Of a DNA stretch of 48,505 bases, positions 8,953-18,225 are shown piece by piece. The stretch lies in the IMG/VR virus record IMGVR_UViG_3300010052_000211, positions 1 to 48,505 of that record; one strand, written 5' to 3'. This DNA is from a virus (taxonomy: Duplodnaviria > Caudoviricetes). A program made the position numbers and the translations under genes. A model generated the notes under the pieces. The model searched no databases. It saw only the letters and a program-made list of their open reading frames with translations, and was not told the DNA's origin. The first letter of the stretch is position 1, and every line of letters begins with the position of its first letter.

Positions 8953-9004
8953 GTTACGTCCTTCGTAACAAACTAGTCAAGCAGAAAGTTGCGTAGTACG
9001 TAAC
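8953..9004 (-). promoter_or_regulatory. OL-like operators and PL-like promoter
   Basis: GTTACGtccttCGTAAC (8953-8969) and GTTGCGtagtaCGTAAC (8988-9004); minus-strand TTGACT (8975-8980) with TAACGT 18 nt downstream. Confidence 0.8.
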
Positions 9005-9007
9005 AAA

Positions 9008-9619
9008 TTACTTGCTGGCTTTTTGGGGTTTTGCGCAGGCCTCAGTCACGGCGGCGGCGACTTCACTAACCTTGCCGAGTTGAAACAGCGCATCTGCGGG
9101 GACGCCGTTATAATTGTAGGCGCGTAGGAAAAGTTTGCTATCGTCTTGCAAGGCCGCAATAAATGCCGGCGCGGCGGGAGCGAAAGCTGCTTGTCCAGAA
9201 GAAGAGGCGATCCAGCGCGTTTCGATCGCCTTGGCGTCGTTAAATCGGGCAATCACCCTGATCGGTTTGCCGGACCCGAGATAGCCGTTGGGGTGAAAGA
9301 TGGCTTCGATATTGTGTTCCCTGCACCGCAATACCAGGCTCGCGTCCCCGCTTTCGGACGACAGCATCCCCATGAACTCAGGGCTGTCGTCAATTTTGGC
9401 CTTGCCAGGGATTTTCGTCCATTCGCTTATTCGCGCGGGGCGACTTTCTGGCGCTGGCCCTTCAGCTGGTGTGACCGCCGTGTCGAAACATTTCAGGCGA
9501 GCCGCGTCATCCTTGACCGTTTTGCATGTCGCGATATCGGCAATGACGTCGAAAACCGTCCGGGCAGGCGCTGGGTCACACCACATTAGGGCGAAGGCGG
9601 ATAATGCGGCACCAGCCAA
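9008..9619 (-). CDS. Exported VasI/TagO-like protein downstream of the repressor
   Basis: Signal-like N-terminus; 'CKTVKDDAARLKCFD' and 'LVLRC' motifs; start codon uncertain. Confidence 0.55.
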   Translation of the reverse strand: MAGAALSAFALMWCDPAPARTVFDVIADIATCKTVKDDAARLKCFDTAVTPAEGPAPESRPARISEWTKIPGKAKIDDSPEFMGMLSSESGDASLVLRCREHNIEAIFHPNGYLGSGKPIRVIARFNDAKAIETRWIASSSGQAAFAPAAPAFIAALQDDSKLFLRAYNYNGVPADALFQLGKVSEVAAAVTEACAKPQKASK

Positions 9620-9642
9620 TGATCGTCTTGATCGCGGATAAT

Positions 9643-9984
9643 CTAGGCTGATCGGTCGTCCTTGTCTTTGAGCAGCCGCATGTACTCGACTGCCTTTTCT
9701 TGGCTGGCCGGCTTTAAGGATTCGAGCAGGGTCCATGGCTGGTCTTCATCGGTGGGGTGGCGAGTAATCAATGAGGCGGGGTCTGTTCCTAGGGCTTCCG
9801 CCAGCGCCTCTAGGTAGAACTGATCGTAGGGCTCCTTGCCGGTCTCCTTGTTCGAGACCCGCGTCTTCGTAGTGCCGATTCTGTCTGCGACTTCATCCTG
9901 TGAAAGCTTTCGGAAGTTCCGCCACTCCTTGAAGAAGGTTTTCCGCAGGACATGCTTGCGCTTGAAGCGAGATTGTATCGGCAT
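9643..9984 (-). CDS. CI-like XRE repressor (HTH only, no S24 peptidase domain)
   Basis: 'KEWRNFRKLSQDEVADRIGTTKTRVSNKETGK' HTH_3; 113 aa; divergent from a Cro-like gene. Confidence 0.88.
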   Translation of the reverse strand: MPIQSRFKRKHVLRKTFFKEWRNFRKLSQDEVADRIGTTKTRVSNKETGKEPYDQFYLEALAEALGTDPASLITRHPTDEDQPWTLLESLKPASQEKAVEYMRLLKDKDDRSA

Positions 9985-9992
9985 TTCAAAAT

Positions 9993-10070
9993 GTTACGTC
10001 TTGCGCAACAAAAAGTCGTTATCATCTAGCGTAACCTCCCTTGACCGCATGTTACGCAAGTCGTAACAAT
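9993..10070. promoter_or_regulatory. OR-like operators and PR-like promoter
   Basis: GTTACGtcttgCGCAAC (9993-10009), a degenerate site ending CGTAAC at 10035, GTTACGcaagtCGTAAC (10051-10067); TTGACC at 10041-10046 with TAACAAT at 10064-10070. Confidence 0.82.
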
Positions 10071-10077
10071 TGCCTGC

Positions 10078-10329
10078 ATGTCAGGCCGCCCTATCCAAGC
10101 GCTCATCGAATACCGGCTTCGGGAAAGTAAAACTCTCGAGGATTTGTGTCGCGATTTGCTCGCAAAACGGGGGTTTTCGACCACTCGGGCGACACTTTCG
10201 CGCATCGAAAAGGGAAAATTGCCGCTGTCCCGCGAGATGCTCTTGCATCTTCATCACGCGACCGGGCTTACCGTCGAGCAGTTGGACCCTGAATTTGCGC
10301 GCGCGACTTCCCCTGAGGAAGCCGCATGA
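10078..10329 (+). CDS. Cro-like HTH regulator
   Basis: 'TLEDL...TRATLSRIEKGK' HTH; divergent from CI. Confidence 0.82.
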   Translation: MSGRPIQALIEYRLRESKTLEDLCRDLLAKRGFSTTRATLSRIEKGKLPLSREMLLHLHHATGLTVEQLDPEFARATSPEEAA

Positions 10330-10331
10330 TC

Positions 10332-10607
10332 TCAACTCGCCAGAACATTCGCGGGCTCCATCATCGCCAGCGCGCCAGCCTCGAGCACGTAGGCGACCTT
10401 GCGGCGCACGGCAGCAAGGGTTTCCGGCGTCCATTCTGTTCGGGTGGTGACCACGGCCACGACCTGTCCTTCCGGATCGACCTGATGCGTCAGCGTCGTG
10501 AGGATCAGATTGCCGTTGGGAAGGGTGTGCACCTGGAGATCGTGCCCCGGCACGACCGGCACGCAATGCGGATCGATGATGTCCAGCTTTCGCGGACTGT
10601 CGCTCAT
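10332..10607 (-). CDS. Hypothetical protein antisense to the early operon
   Basis: MSDSPRKLDIIDPH...; plausible globular sequence, convergent with cro. Confidence 0.5.
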   Translation of the reverse strand: MSDSPRKLDIIDPHCVPVVPGHDLQVHTLPNGNLILTTLTHQVDPEGQVVAVVTTRTEWTPETLAAVRRKVAYVLEAGALAMMEPANVLAS

Positions 10608-10870
10608 CGGCAGCGCCCCCCGGCACCGCGACAACTATACCGCGCGGAAACCGCCGGTCTGCAATCACCTTTATTTTCGCAAGTTTTACACAGCGCGAAA
10701 CCTGACGTTCACCACGTTCTGCTAACGCGCGGCGCGAAAAATCACGGGCTGACCGGGTACTCACACACACACATCCCGGCCAGCCCGTGCACCTTCCGCA
10801 CGGCGAGGGGGGCTCGCTCCGCACGGATTCCTGAGTTCGATTTTGTACTGCGTACAGGGGTTCAATCGTC

Positions 10871-11176
10871 ATGCGGCAAGTATCGCCGGATGCTGTCGGG
10901 GCGTCGATTGTCGCCACTGACAGAAGTGGCAGTAATCTCGCCATTTCGTGGCAGCGAATTTTGCGGGAAGCAAAATGCTATTGGCCCCGCAACACAGCAA
11001 AGCAAATCGCGCGCATCGCTGACGTCAGTCTGCGCACCGCGTACCGATGGCTTGCTGATGACGTTGAGCCGCCGGCCAGCGCCATCGTCGCGATCGTGCT
11101 GGCGCTGCGCGCTGAATACGTCGCGCGCGGCCGCATCTTCGAACAACTCGATTTCGATTTCGGTTCTGCAGGGTAG
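10871..11176 (+). CDS. HTH protein in the CII position
   Basis: 'TAKQIARIADVSLRTAYRWL'. Confidence 0.6.
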   Translation: MRQVSPDAVGASIVATDRSGSNLAISWQRILREAKCYWPRNTAKQIARIADVSLRTAYRWLADDVEPPASAIVAIVLALRAEYVARGRIFEQLDFDFGSAG

Positions 11177-11299
11177 TCCGGCGCGCGCCGCGATCTGCGC
11201 GCGATGCGGCGCGGACAAACCCATCGACAGGTATTGCCCTCATTGCGGCTCGCGAGAAGAGCAGGATTTTCACCACCCATCACCGATCGGGAGAGCGGC

Positions 11300-11644
11300 A
11301 TGACCGATCCTATTACGAACGATAAGGGATATCGCGCGTTTCAGGGCGCCGAGTTCTGGTGTGTTGTTGGCACCGGTGCCTTTGCATTCCGCTTTGGTCC
11401 TTACACCGGGCCGGACTGCGGGAAGATTATCGAAGGCTGCGTCGCCGAGCAGATACCGCTCACCGTCGTCGCGAATTGCGGGCCAGAATTCGATTGGGAA
11501 TTGGCTCGCGACATGCGCGGCGATCTATCGAAGATGAATTTCTTCCAGCGCTGGCGCTGGCGCCGTCGTCAAAAGCATGTCGACAAAATCGGCGCCAAGC
11601 CCTTTGTCGAACAGCAATCGAAAATCTCTGATCACCAGTCGTGA
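11300..11644 (+). CDS. Hypothetical phage protein
   Basis: RBS GGGAGAG before ATG 11300. Confidence 0.55.
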   Translation: MTDPITNDKGYRAFQGAEFWCVVGTGAFAFRFGPYTGPDCGKIIEGCVAEQIPLTVVANCGPEFDWELARDMRGDLSKMNFFQRWRWRRRQKHVDKIGAKPFVEQQSKISDHQS

Positions 11645-11741
11645 CGCCAACGCTTGTTGCGCTGGCAGTTGTCCAACCTTTGTACCTCGTGCGTGAGACC
11701 CAACACATGAACACCAAGACAAGACCACGCAGGGGGAATCC

Positions 11742-11888
11742 ATGGGTGCGGCCTTCAAGGCGATCTCGACGATAGGCGTCTTCCTCGCATTCGTCGCGGC
11801 CATCGCATTCAGCCTTGGCATCGGTATCGGCTTCACGGCCGGTTTCGCCGCGCGCGTGGGTGCGACCATCGCGGGGGCGGCGCTATGA
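11742..11888 (+). CDS. Small hydrophobic membrane protein (not in ORF track)
   Basis: MGAAFKAISTIGVFLAFVAAIAFSLGIGIGFTAGFAARVGATIAGAAL*; ATGA-coupled to the next gene. Confidence 0.55.
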   Translation: MGAAFKAISTIGVFLAFVAAIAFSLGIGIGFTAGFAARVGATIAGAAL

Positions 11889-12334
11889 AGTGGTGGCACC
11901 GTATCGCCGCGCGCCGCGCGCCCGACATGCTGATCGGTGATCCCGCCGATCCGTATATGCGCCGCTGGTTCGTTATCCCGCGCAACCCGGTCTTCAATAT
12001 CTATCTCCATCACTTCCTGCACAGCGACGAAGACCGCGCATTGCATGATCACCCATGGTGGAATCTGTCATTTCTGCTGGAGGGCCGATACGTCGAGCAC
12101 ACCATCGCCGCCGGCGGCATCAACCTCCGCACCCCGCGCCGCGCCGGACAGTTCAAATTCCGCACGGCCGCGAGCGCGCACCGCGTCGAGCTGATCGACG
12201 GCCCTTGCTGGACGCTCTTCATCACCGGCCCGCGCATTCGGCAGTGGGGCTTTCATTGCCCGGCCGGCTGGCGGCACTGGAAGGAATTCACGAAGCCCGG
12301 CGCACCGGGTGAAATCGGGCGGGGGTGCGAGTGA
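11885..12334 (+). CDS. Cupin-like phage protein
   Basis: 'LHHFLHSDEDRALHDHPW...G.Y.E...HRVEL..CWTLFITGP'. Confidence 0.65.
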   Translation: MKWWHRIAARRAPDMLIGDPADPYMRRWFVIPRNPVFNIYLHHFLHSDEDRALHDHPWWNLSFLLEGRYVEHTIAAGGINLRTPRRAGQFKFRTAASAHRVELIDGPCWTLFITGPRIRQWGFHCPAGWRHWKEFTKPGAPGEIGRGCE

Positions 12335-12529
12335 TGGTCTATTTCATCGCATCCGCCATCTTCATCTTCGCCATGATCGCATACGTGATGATCAAAGCGC
12401 CGCGCGCGCGAGACCTCCCGCACGACTACGCCAGCGACGATCCCTATCTCATCGCATCCGCCCGCACTGTCCTGACCGCACAGCCTGACCCGCTGTCCGG
12501 AATCGAACAAGAACCGATGGGGGTGTGAC

Positions 12530-13387
12530 ATGGCATGGGAAACAGTCGCCAAGCGCGGCGCGGTCACACCGGAATATGAAGCTGCGGTGCGCAATATTCT
12601 GCGCCACAACGCGAAGCGGCCGGCGCTGCAAATCACGCTCAAGGGCGCGTTCACGCGCGAACTGGAATGGAAAACCGGCCACGCCATCGGTCTGCTGGTC
12701 GGCACCGGTGATGATTCCGGCAAGGTGCGCCTGATCGGCAAGACCGACACTGTCATTGCACATATCCGGCGACTGAGCCACGGCGGCATGCATGTCGATC
12801 TCGGCCACGTCGAGCAGTTCCCGGAGAACTGGCAGCGCAAGGTCCAGTGCCGCGCGACGATCATCGATACCGACACCGTCGAGATCACCATCCCCGAAGA
12901 TCGAAGTGCTGGCGACGATGACGACGACGAAGAGGATGACGACGCGGGCGAAGCCCCGGTCACTCCACCTACGCCGAAGCCTGCGCCGCGCGCGGATGCG
13001 CCGTTCATGGCAAAGCCTTCCGCACATGGCAAGGCTGCCGCACCCAGCAAGTCCGCGGCGCCATCGCCATCGCCAGCGCCCGCGTCGGAATACTTTCTCA
13101 CAGTGCACGGCATCACGCTCGACCTGACGCCTGACGACGAGAAAGTCACACACGCTGGCAAATCCATGGAATTGACGACAAGGCAGGCGCGTCTCGTCCT
13201 GATGATGATGCGCGCGATGCCGAACCCTGTCGGCCGCGAGTTCGTGCTGAACAAGCTCTTCGGCGTCTCGTCGATCGGCGGCACGCAACTCGATTTGCTC
13301 GCGCGCGATCTGCAAAAGGCGCTCGTCACGGTCGGTCTCGAAATGCACGTCGCCAAAGGCGTCGGCTACACGCTGAGGCGGATATGA
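12530..13387 (+). CDS. Two-domain protein with C-terminal OmpR-type winged helix
   Basis: 'VTHAGKSMELTTRQARLVLMM...LQKAL...KGVGYTL'; acidic/Pro-rich linker. Confidence 0.65.
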   Translation: MAWETVAKRGAVTPEYEAAVRNILRHNAKRPALQITLKGAFTRELEWKTGHAIGLLVGTGDDSGKVRLIGKTDTVIAHIRRLSHGGMHVDLGHVEQFPENWQRKVQCRATIIDTDTVEITIPEDRSAGDDDDDEEDDDAGEAPVTPPTPKPAPRADAPFMAKPSAHGKAAAPSKSAAPSPSPAPASEYFLTVHGITLDLTPDDEKVTHAGKSMELTTRQARLVLMMMRAMPNPVGREFVLNKLFGVSSIGGTQLDLLARDLQKALVTVGLEMHVAKGVGYTLRRI

Positions 13388-13623
13388 ACCGCGCCGTTCG
13401 CAAGCTTATCCTGCGTGCGTTCTTTCAGTCGATCGACTCTCACTCGATCGCGTTCTGTGCGCGCACCAGCGGTGAAGCCCCGGACATGACAGCCGACAAG
13501 GTCGAAGACCTGTGGGCCGAAGAATTCAAGGACAGCCCGTTCGTGCGCGAACTCGGGCCGCGACCGAAATTCGGCTATCCGCACACCGACAAGCGCGATC
13601 TCGCTGAAAGGCTTTACGCATGA
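13384..13623 (+). CDS. Hypothetical phage protein
   Basis: ATGA-coupled on both sides. Confidence 0.55.
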   Translation: MNRAVRKLILRAFFQSIDSHSIAFCARTSGEAPDMTADKVEDLWAEEFKDSPFVRELGPRPKFGYPHTDKRDLAERLYA

Positions 13624-13904
13624 TGCCGCAGACCGAAACCGAAACCGCACCGCGCGAACACGCGCACACCCGCTTCGCCAAGGAACAGCTCAAGGCTTTC
13701 GTCGAGCGCATCGAGCGTCTCGAAGAAGAAAAGAAAGCCACCCAGGACGACATCAAGGACGTCTACGCCGAGGCCAAGGGCAACGGCTACGACGTCAAGG
13801 CTCTCCGCAAGGTCATCTCGCTGCGCAAGCAGGACGCCAACGAGCGGCAGGAAGAGGCCGCGGTGCTGGAGACGTATCTCCATGCGTTGGGGATGCTGGC
13901 ATGA
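13620..13904 (+). CDS. gapR: GapR-like DUF2312 nucleoid-associated protein
   Basis: '[17 protein letters not shown]...[27 protein letters not shown]...[10 protein letters not shown]'. Confidence 0.9.
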   Translation: MMPQTETETAPREHAHTRFAKEQLKAFVERIERLEEEKKATQDDIKDVYAEAKGNGYDVKALRKVISLRKQDANERQEEAAVLETYLHALGMLA

Positions 13905-15502
13905 TGCTCGCCCCGCAAGATATCCCGCTCGATCAAATCCGGCCGTCCCGCGTCGCGCGCACGGTCGCGCCGGGCCAGGTGATGGCCTTGGCCGAGAGCA
14001 TCAAACAGATCGGGTTATTGCAGCCGGTCACTGTCAGGCCGGTCGCGGACGGGTTCGAGATCATCGCCGGCGGGCACCGGTGCGAGGCGGCAAGGACGCT
14101 GGAATGGTCAACCATCCCGGCCTTCGTGCGTTCCGACGACGACCTGCACGCCGAACTGGCGCTGATCGACGAAAACCTGATCCGGAACGAACTGTCGCCG
14201 GCGGAACGAGCGCTTGCGCAAGCTCGCCGCAAGAAAATCTATGAGGCCCTACACCCCGAAACCAAGATCGGGGCGACCGGCAAGGGCAGGGCTAAGGTTC
14301 GCCAAGTTGGCGAACCTAACGACACCAGAGCCGACCGGTACACGAAACAGGCTGCGGACAAGCAGCAGGCCTCCGAGCGCACCGTGCAGCGCGAAGTGTC
14401 GCGCGGCGAAGCTCTGCCGGCCGAAGTCCTGACCAAGGTCGCCGGGACCGCGCTCGACACCGGTGAGCAGCTTGACGCCTTGGCGAAGCTCACCCCGGAG
14501 CGTGCGGCCGAACTCGTCGACCGCGCCGCCGCCGGTGACAAGGTCAACGCCGTCGCTGCGGTGAAGGCGGACAAACGCGAGGCCAAGGAAAAGGCGCTGG
14601 CGGACAAGACCGTGGCGCTGCCGCTCGCCAAGTTCAATGTGATCTATGCCGATCCGCCATGGCGCTTCGAACCGTACAGCCGGGAGTCCGGCATGGATCG
14701 CGCACCGGAGAACCACTATCCGACGATGACACTGCAGCAGATCCTCGACCTGCCGGTGCCGACCGTTGCTGCCGACGACTGCGTGCTGTTCCTGTGGGCC
14801 ACGGTGCCGATGCTGCCGGAAGCCTTCCAGGTCATGACGGCCTGGGGCTTCACCTACAAGTCGCACTGCATCTGGAACAAGGATGCGCTCGGCACCGGCT
14901 ACTGGTTCCGCAACAAACATGAGCTGCTGCTCGTCGGTGTGAAGGGCAAGATCCCCGCGCCGCTGCCCGGCACTCAATCCGCCAGCGTGATCGACGGCCC
15001 TGTGAAGGATCACAGCCGCAAGCCGCTGATCTTCCGCGGTATGATCGAAGGCTTGTTCCCGAACCTGCCGAAGATCGAATTGTTCGCGCGCACACCGGCA
15101 CCCGGCTGGGGCCAGTGGGGCAAGGAAGCGCCCGAGATCGGCGTGGACGACAACGAAGCATCGATCGACCACGTCACCGCTGAAGACCGGCTTATGGACG
15201 CGCACCGCGCCGACGATAACGATGGCGTGCGCAATGCGCCGGAAGGCGGATTTGAAATCGAAGCGGAGAGAGGGGCCATTGCATCGGTCGACCTTGCTGA
15301 TGCTGTCGGCGTCGAAACCTCCATCGCTTCGCCAGAGCCCGCATCTGTCACGTCATGCGTGGTGGGTGCGGGCTCGCCTGTCGAAACGCCGAAGTGCGCG
15401 ATCTGTGGCGGATCATGCAAGCCGACGTTCTGTCCGAATGATCCGGCGCTTGAGATTCCGAAGTTCTTGCGGCGCGCTGCGGAACCGGAGGCTGCCGCAT
15501 GA
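13901..15502 (+). CDS. ParB-N domain fused to MT-A70 adenine methyltransferase
   Basis: N-terminal '[25 protein letters not shown]'; C-terminal 'VIYADPPW', 'LFLWAT', 'HSRKP', 'IELFAR'. Confidence 0.9.
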   Translation: MMLAPQDIPLDQIRPSRVARTVAPGQVMALAESIKQIGLLQPVTVRPVADGFEIIAGGHRCEAARTLEWSTIPAFVRSDDDLHAELALIDENLIRNELSPAERALAQARRKKIYEALHPETKIGATGKGRAKVRQVGEPNDTRADRYTKQAADKQQASERTVQREVSRGEALPAEVLTKVAGTALDTGEQLDALAKLTPERAAELVDRAAAGDKVNAVAAVKADKREAKEKALADKTVALPLAKFNVIYADPPWRFEPYSRESGMDRAPENHYPTMTLQQILDLPVPTVAADDCVLFLWATVPMLPEAFQVMTAWGFTYKSHCIWNKDALGTGYWFRNKHELLLVGVKGKIPAPLPGTQSASVIDGPVKDHSRKPLIFRGMIEGLFPNLPKIELFARTPAPGWGQWGKEAPEIGVDDNEASIDHVTAEDRLMDAHRADDNDGVRNAPEGGFEIEAERGAIASVDLADAVGVETSIASPEPASVTSCVVGAGSPVETPKCAICGGSCKPTFCPNDPALEIPKFLRRAAEPEAAA

Positions 15503-16230
15503 CGCCCCGCATCGAACAGCTATCCGAAGGGGTGACTCTTCATCTGGGAGACTGCAGGGAAATCCTGCCGACACTTCCGAAGGTGGATGCTGTCGTGACC
15601 GATCCGCCTTATGGGATCAAACGCGCCGCCGGGATGGGCGGCAAAGGATATGACGGGTTCGGTAACGGCGCTGTGCGCAAGCCGCGGCAATATTCGGCCG
15701 ATGGCTGGGATGATGAGCGTCCGCCGCAAGCCGCGTTCGATGCCATCCGCGCTGCAGCGGAACGCGCAATAGTCTGGGGCGGAAACTACTTCTCCGATCT
15801 CCTGCCAGCGTCTCAAAAGTGGTTGTGGTGGGACAAGATGCAGACGATGCCGTCGTATTCGGACGGCGAGTTGGCGTGGACTAGCCTACCTGGCACGTCC
15901 ACAAAGAAGTTTGTCTACAACGGCTCAGGCTTGATGGCTGCTGAAAAGGGGCGCGAGCACCCTACGCAAAAGCCGGTTGAGCTTATGCGCTGGTGCATAG
16001 GCCTCATACCCCCCCCTGCGACCCTGATCCTCGATCCCTTCATGGGTTCCGGCACCACAGGCGTTGCCGCCGTCAAGCTCGGCCGCAAGTTCATCGGCAT
16101 CGAGATCGAGCCCAAGTATTTCGACATCGCCTGCAATCGCATCAGCGAAGCCTTGAAGCAGCCCGACATGTTCGTCGAGTCGCCCAAGGCCGACGCATCA
16201 AAACAGGAATCGCTGTTCGCGGCCGAATGA
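15499..16230 (+). CDS. Beta-class N4/N6 DNA methyltransferase
   Basis: 'VTDPPYG' precedes 'HPTQKP' and 'DPFMGSGTT'. Confidence 0.92.
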   Translation: MTPRIEQLSEGVTLHLGDCREILPTLPKVDAVVTDPPYGIKRAAGMGGKGYDGFGNGAVRKPRQYSADGWDDERPPQAAFDAIRAAAERAIVWGGNYFSDLLPASQKWLWWDKMQTMPSYSDGELAWTSLPGTSTKKFVYNGSGLMAAEKGREHPTQKPVELMRWCIGLIPPPATLILDPFMGSGTTGVAAVKLGRKFIGIEIEPKYFDIACNRISEALKQPDMFVESPKADASKQESLFAAE

Positions 16231-16358
16231 ATCCTCGCCGCCCATAAACAATAACGGCGCTGCTCAAAGCGTCCTGTCAGTTCCAGTTGCGTATCCGAGT
16301 GTTGGGATTTTGATCTTGTGTCGCGGGAGTGTCTTCCGCGCGCTTTGGAGAACTGACC

Positions 16359-16775
16359 ATGAAAGCGCTTTCGATCCGTCAGCCTTGGGCTTGGGCGATA
16401 CTGTTCGCCGGCAAAGATATCGAGAACCGAGACTGGCAGCCGCGCAATCCGGGTTTGCGGTTTCGCGGCGAATTCTTGATCCACGCCAGCGCCGGCATGA
16501 CGCGTGGCGAGTATGAAGATTTTCTCGATACTGCGCACGTCATCAGCGTCGAGCAGCCATTTCCATCCGGCCTCACACTGCCGCCGTTCGATGAGCTTCC
16601 ACGCGGCGGCATCGTCGGGCGGGCGCGTGTCGTCGATATCGTTGATAGCCATTCGTCCCCCTGGTTCTTCGGCACGAAGGGTTTGGTGTTGGCCGATGTG
16701 CGGCCGTTGCCGTTTGTGCCGCTCAAGGGTGCGCTCGGATTTTTCGACGTGCCGAATGAGGTGGTGCCGGCATGA
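16359..16775 (+). CDS. ASCH domain protein
   Basis: 'ALSIRQPWAWAI..GKDIENRDW...LIHAS...KGALGFF'. Confidence 0.88.
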   Translation: MKALSIRQPWAWAILFAGKDIENRDWQPRNPGLRFRGEFLIHASAGMTRGEYEDFLDTAHVISVEQPFPSGLTLPPFDELPRGGIVGRARVVDIVDSHSSPWFFGTKGLVLADVRPLPFVPLKGALGFFDVPNEVVPA

Positions 16776-17038
16776 TCGAAGAGATTCACCGCCGTCACCG
16801 CTGGAACGTCGAGACGCAACGCCGTCTCGACGGCCACGATTGCGCAGACGGAAACGACCGCACCGAAAAGGACTGCGAGCATTGCGGGCTCGTGAAGGTG
16901 ACCGTGCATCCGCCGCAGGGGCTTCCCTGGCGGGAATGGCGGCACCGGAACGGGCAGACGTTCGTGTGCGAGCAGACCCCGCCGTGCGTGCCCACGCGGG
17001 CCGTGTCGGAAGTGCCAATGCAGGTGCCGGTGTCATGA
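16772..17038 (+). CDS. Hypothetical Cys/His-containing protein
   Basis: 'CEHCG'; coupled on both sides. Confidence 0.55.
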   Translation: MIEEIHRRHRWNVETQRRLDGHDCADGNDRTEKDCEHCGLVKVTVHPPQGLPWREWRHRNGQTFVCEQTPPCVPTRAVSEVPMQVPVS

Positions 17039-18216
17039 ACACTCCAGCCAAAAAGCAGCGCGCGCGCCGCATCGCCGCCGACGAGGCCCATGCCTGGGCG
17101 CGCAACCTTCGGCTCCGAAATCCCTATGCCAAGCTGCTGCTCTGCATGCTGACGCAATACGTCAACGGGGAGGGGTCATGCTTCGTCGGCATCCCGACGC
17201 TGGCGGAAGATTGCGAATTCGCGCAAGAGACCGTCCGCCGGCGGCTCGCGTGGCTCGAGAGCATCGGCGCGATCGCACGCTTCCCGCAGTGGATCGACGA
17301 GGCCGGAAAGCGCAACACTGAGGGGCGCGGCCGCCGCACCACGGATGATATCCGGCTGCTGTTGACTGCCGAGCAGGAAGATATCGAGGCACGCGCCGGC
17401 GGCGCGGAAACGCCCGATGATACCGACGAAACTGCCGCGGCTGACCCTGTCTCCCAGACAGGGTCACGGGACGAACCGAAATCGGCTGGGACTCTAGCGG
17501 GACTCCAGCAGCCCCCCACCTGCGGTGAGGGCCTAGACTCTCTTGAACCCGAACCTGAAGACTCCCCCCAAGCCCCCCTTGGGGGGCCGTCCGACAGCGT
17601 CGTTGAGGGATGGGAAGAATTCAAAACGGTCTGGGAGAGCGACGGCGATCCGATCGTTAAAGTCACACTCGCCAAGACGATCTTCGCAGCGCTGACGGCC
17701 GATGAGCGACCACGGGTCACGCGAGCAGCGCGCGGCCTGATCGCGAAGCGGTCTCGCGATAAGCGCCCTGGCACGAAACCGTCAGCGCAAAGTTTCTTGC
17801 GGGAACGTGAGGCGTGGCCGGCCTTCGAGAAGCTGGCACAGGACGCCGAGCAGATCGCGGCGCAGCGCGTCGTCCCGGTGAACTCGCGCGAGGGCCGAGC
17901 CTGGCTGGCGATCCTGCGGATGATCGGTTCTGTCGGATTTCCACCACACAAGGTTGTTGACGGCGGTCGCGGGTTTCTCGCGCCGGTCGAACTTACACCG
18001 CAGGCGCTGGCGCTTGGCGATGCCGTGAACGAACACGGCGGTCCCGAAGGGAAGTGGATCAAGGTTGCCGCTGGCAGTAACGAGTTTGGCGCATGGCGTC
18101 GGCTCGTCGGCGAACTGATCAATCGGGAATTCAATCCGATCTACGGCGTACCGGCACCGTTCCCGCCGCGCGCCGACGGCTCATGGCCGGAATTCGAACT
18201 GAAACAATCAGCGTGA
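17035..18216 (+). CDS. Putative replication initiator (N-terminal winged HTH)
   Basis: 'KLLLCML...GSCFVGIPTLAEDCE...TVRRRLAWLESIGAI' HTH_36-like; O-gene position. Confidence 0.7.
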   Translation: MNTPAKKQRARRIAADEAHAWARNLRLRNPYAKLLLCMLTQYVNGEGSCFVGIPTLAEDCEFAQETVRRRLAWLESIGAIARFPQWIDEAGKRNTEGRGRRTTDDIRLLLTAEQEDIEARAGGAETPDDTDETAAADPVSQTGSRDEPKSAGTLAGLQQPPTCGEGLDSLEPEPEDSPQAPLGGPSDSVVEGWEEFKTVWESDGDPIVKVTLAKTIFAALTADERPRVTRAARGLIAKRSRDKRPGTKPSAQSFLREREAWPAFEKLAQDAEQIAAQRVVPVNSREGRAWLAILRMIGSVGFPPHKVVDGGRGFLAPVELTPQALALGDAVNEHGGPEGKWIKVAAGSNEFGAWRRLVGELINREFNPIYGVPAPFPPRADGSWPEFELKQSA

Positions 18217-18225
18217 GGGAGAGCG

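Noticed and set aside
9008-9619. Type VI secretion system
   Set aside because: Only a single VasI/TagO-like gene; no other T6SS components.
12911-12945. GAC/GAT trinucleotide run as a contingency repeat
   Set aside because: Imperfect and in frame; it simply encodes an acidic linker.
17400-17600. Iteron-type replication origin within the initiator gene
   Set aside because: Only C/G runs and a short GAACC repeat; no convincing iteron array by eye.
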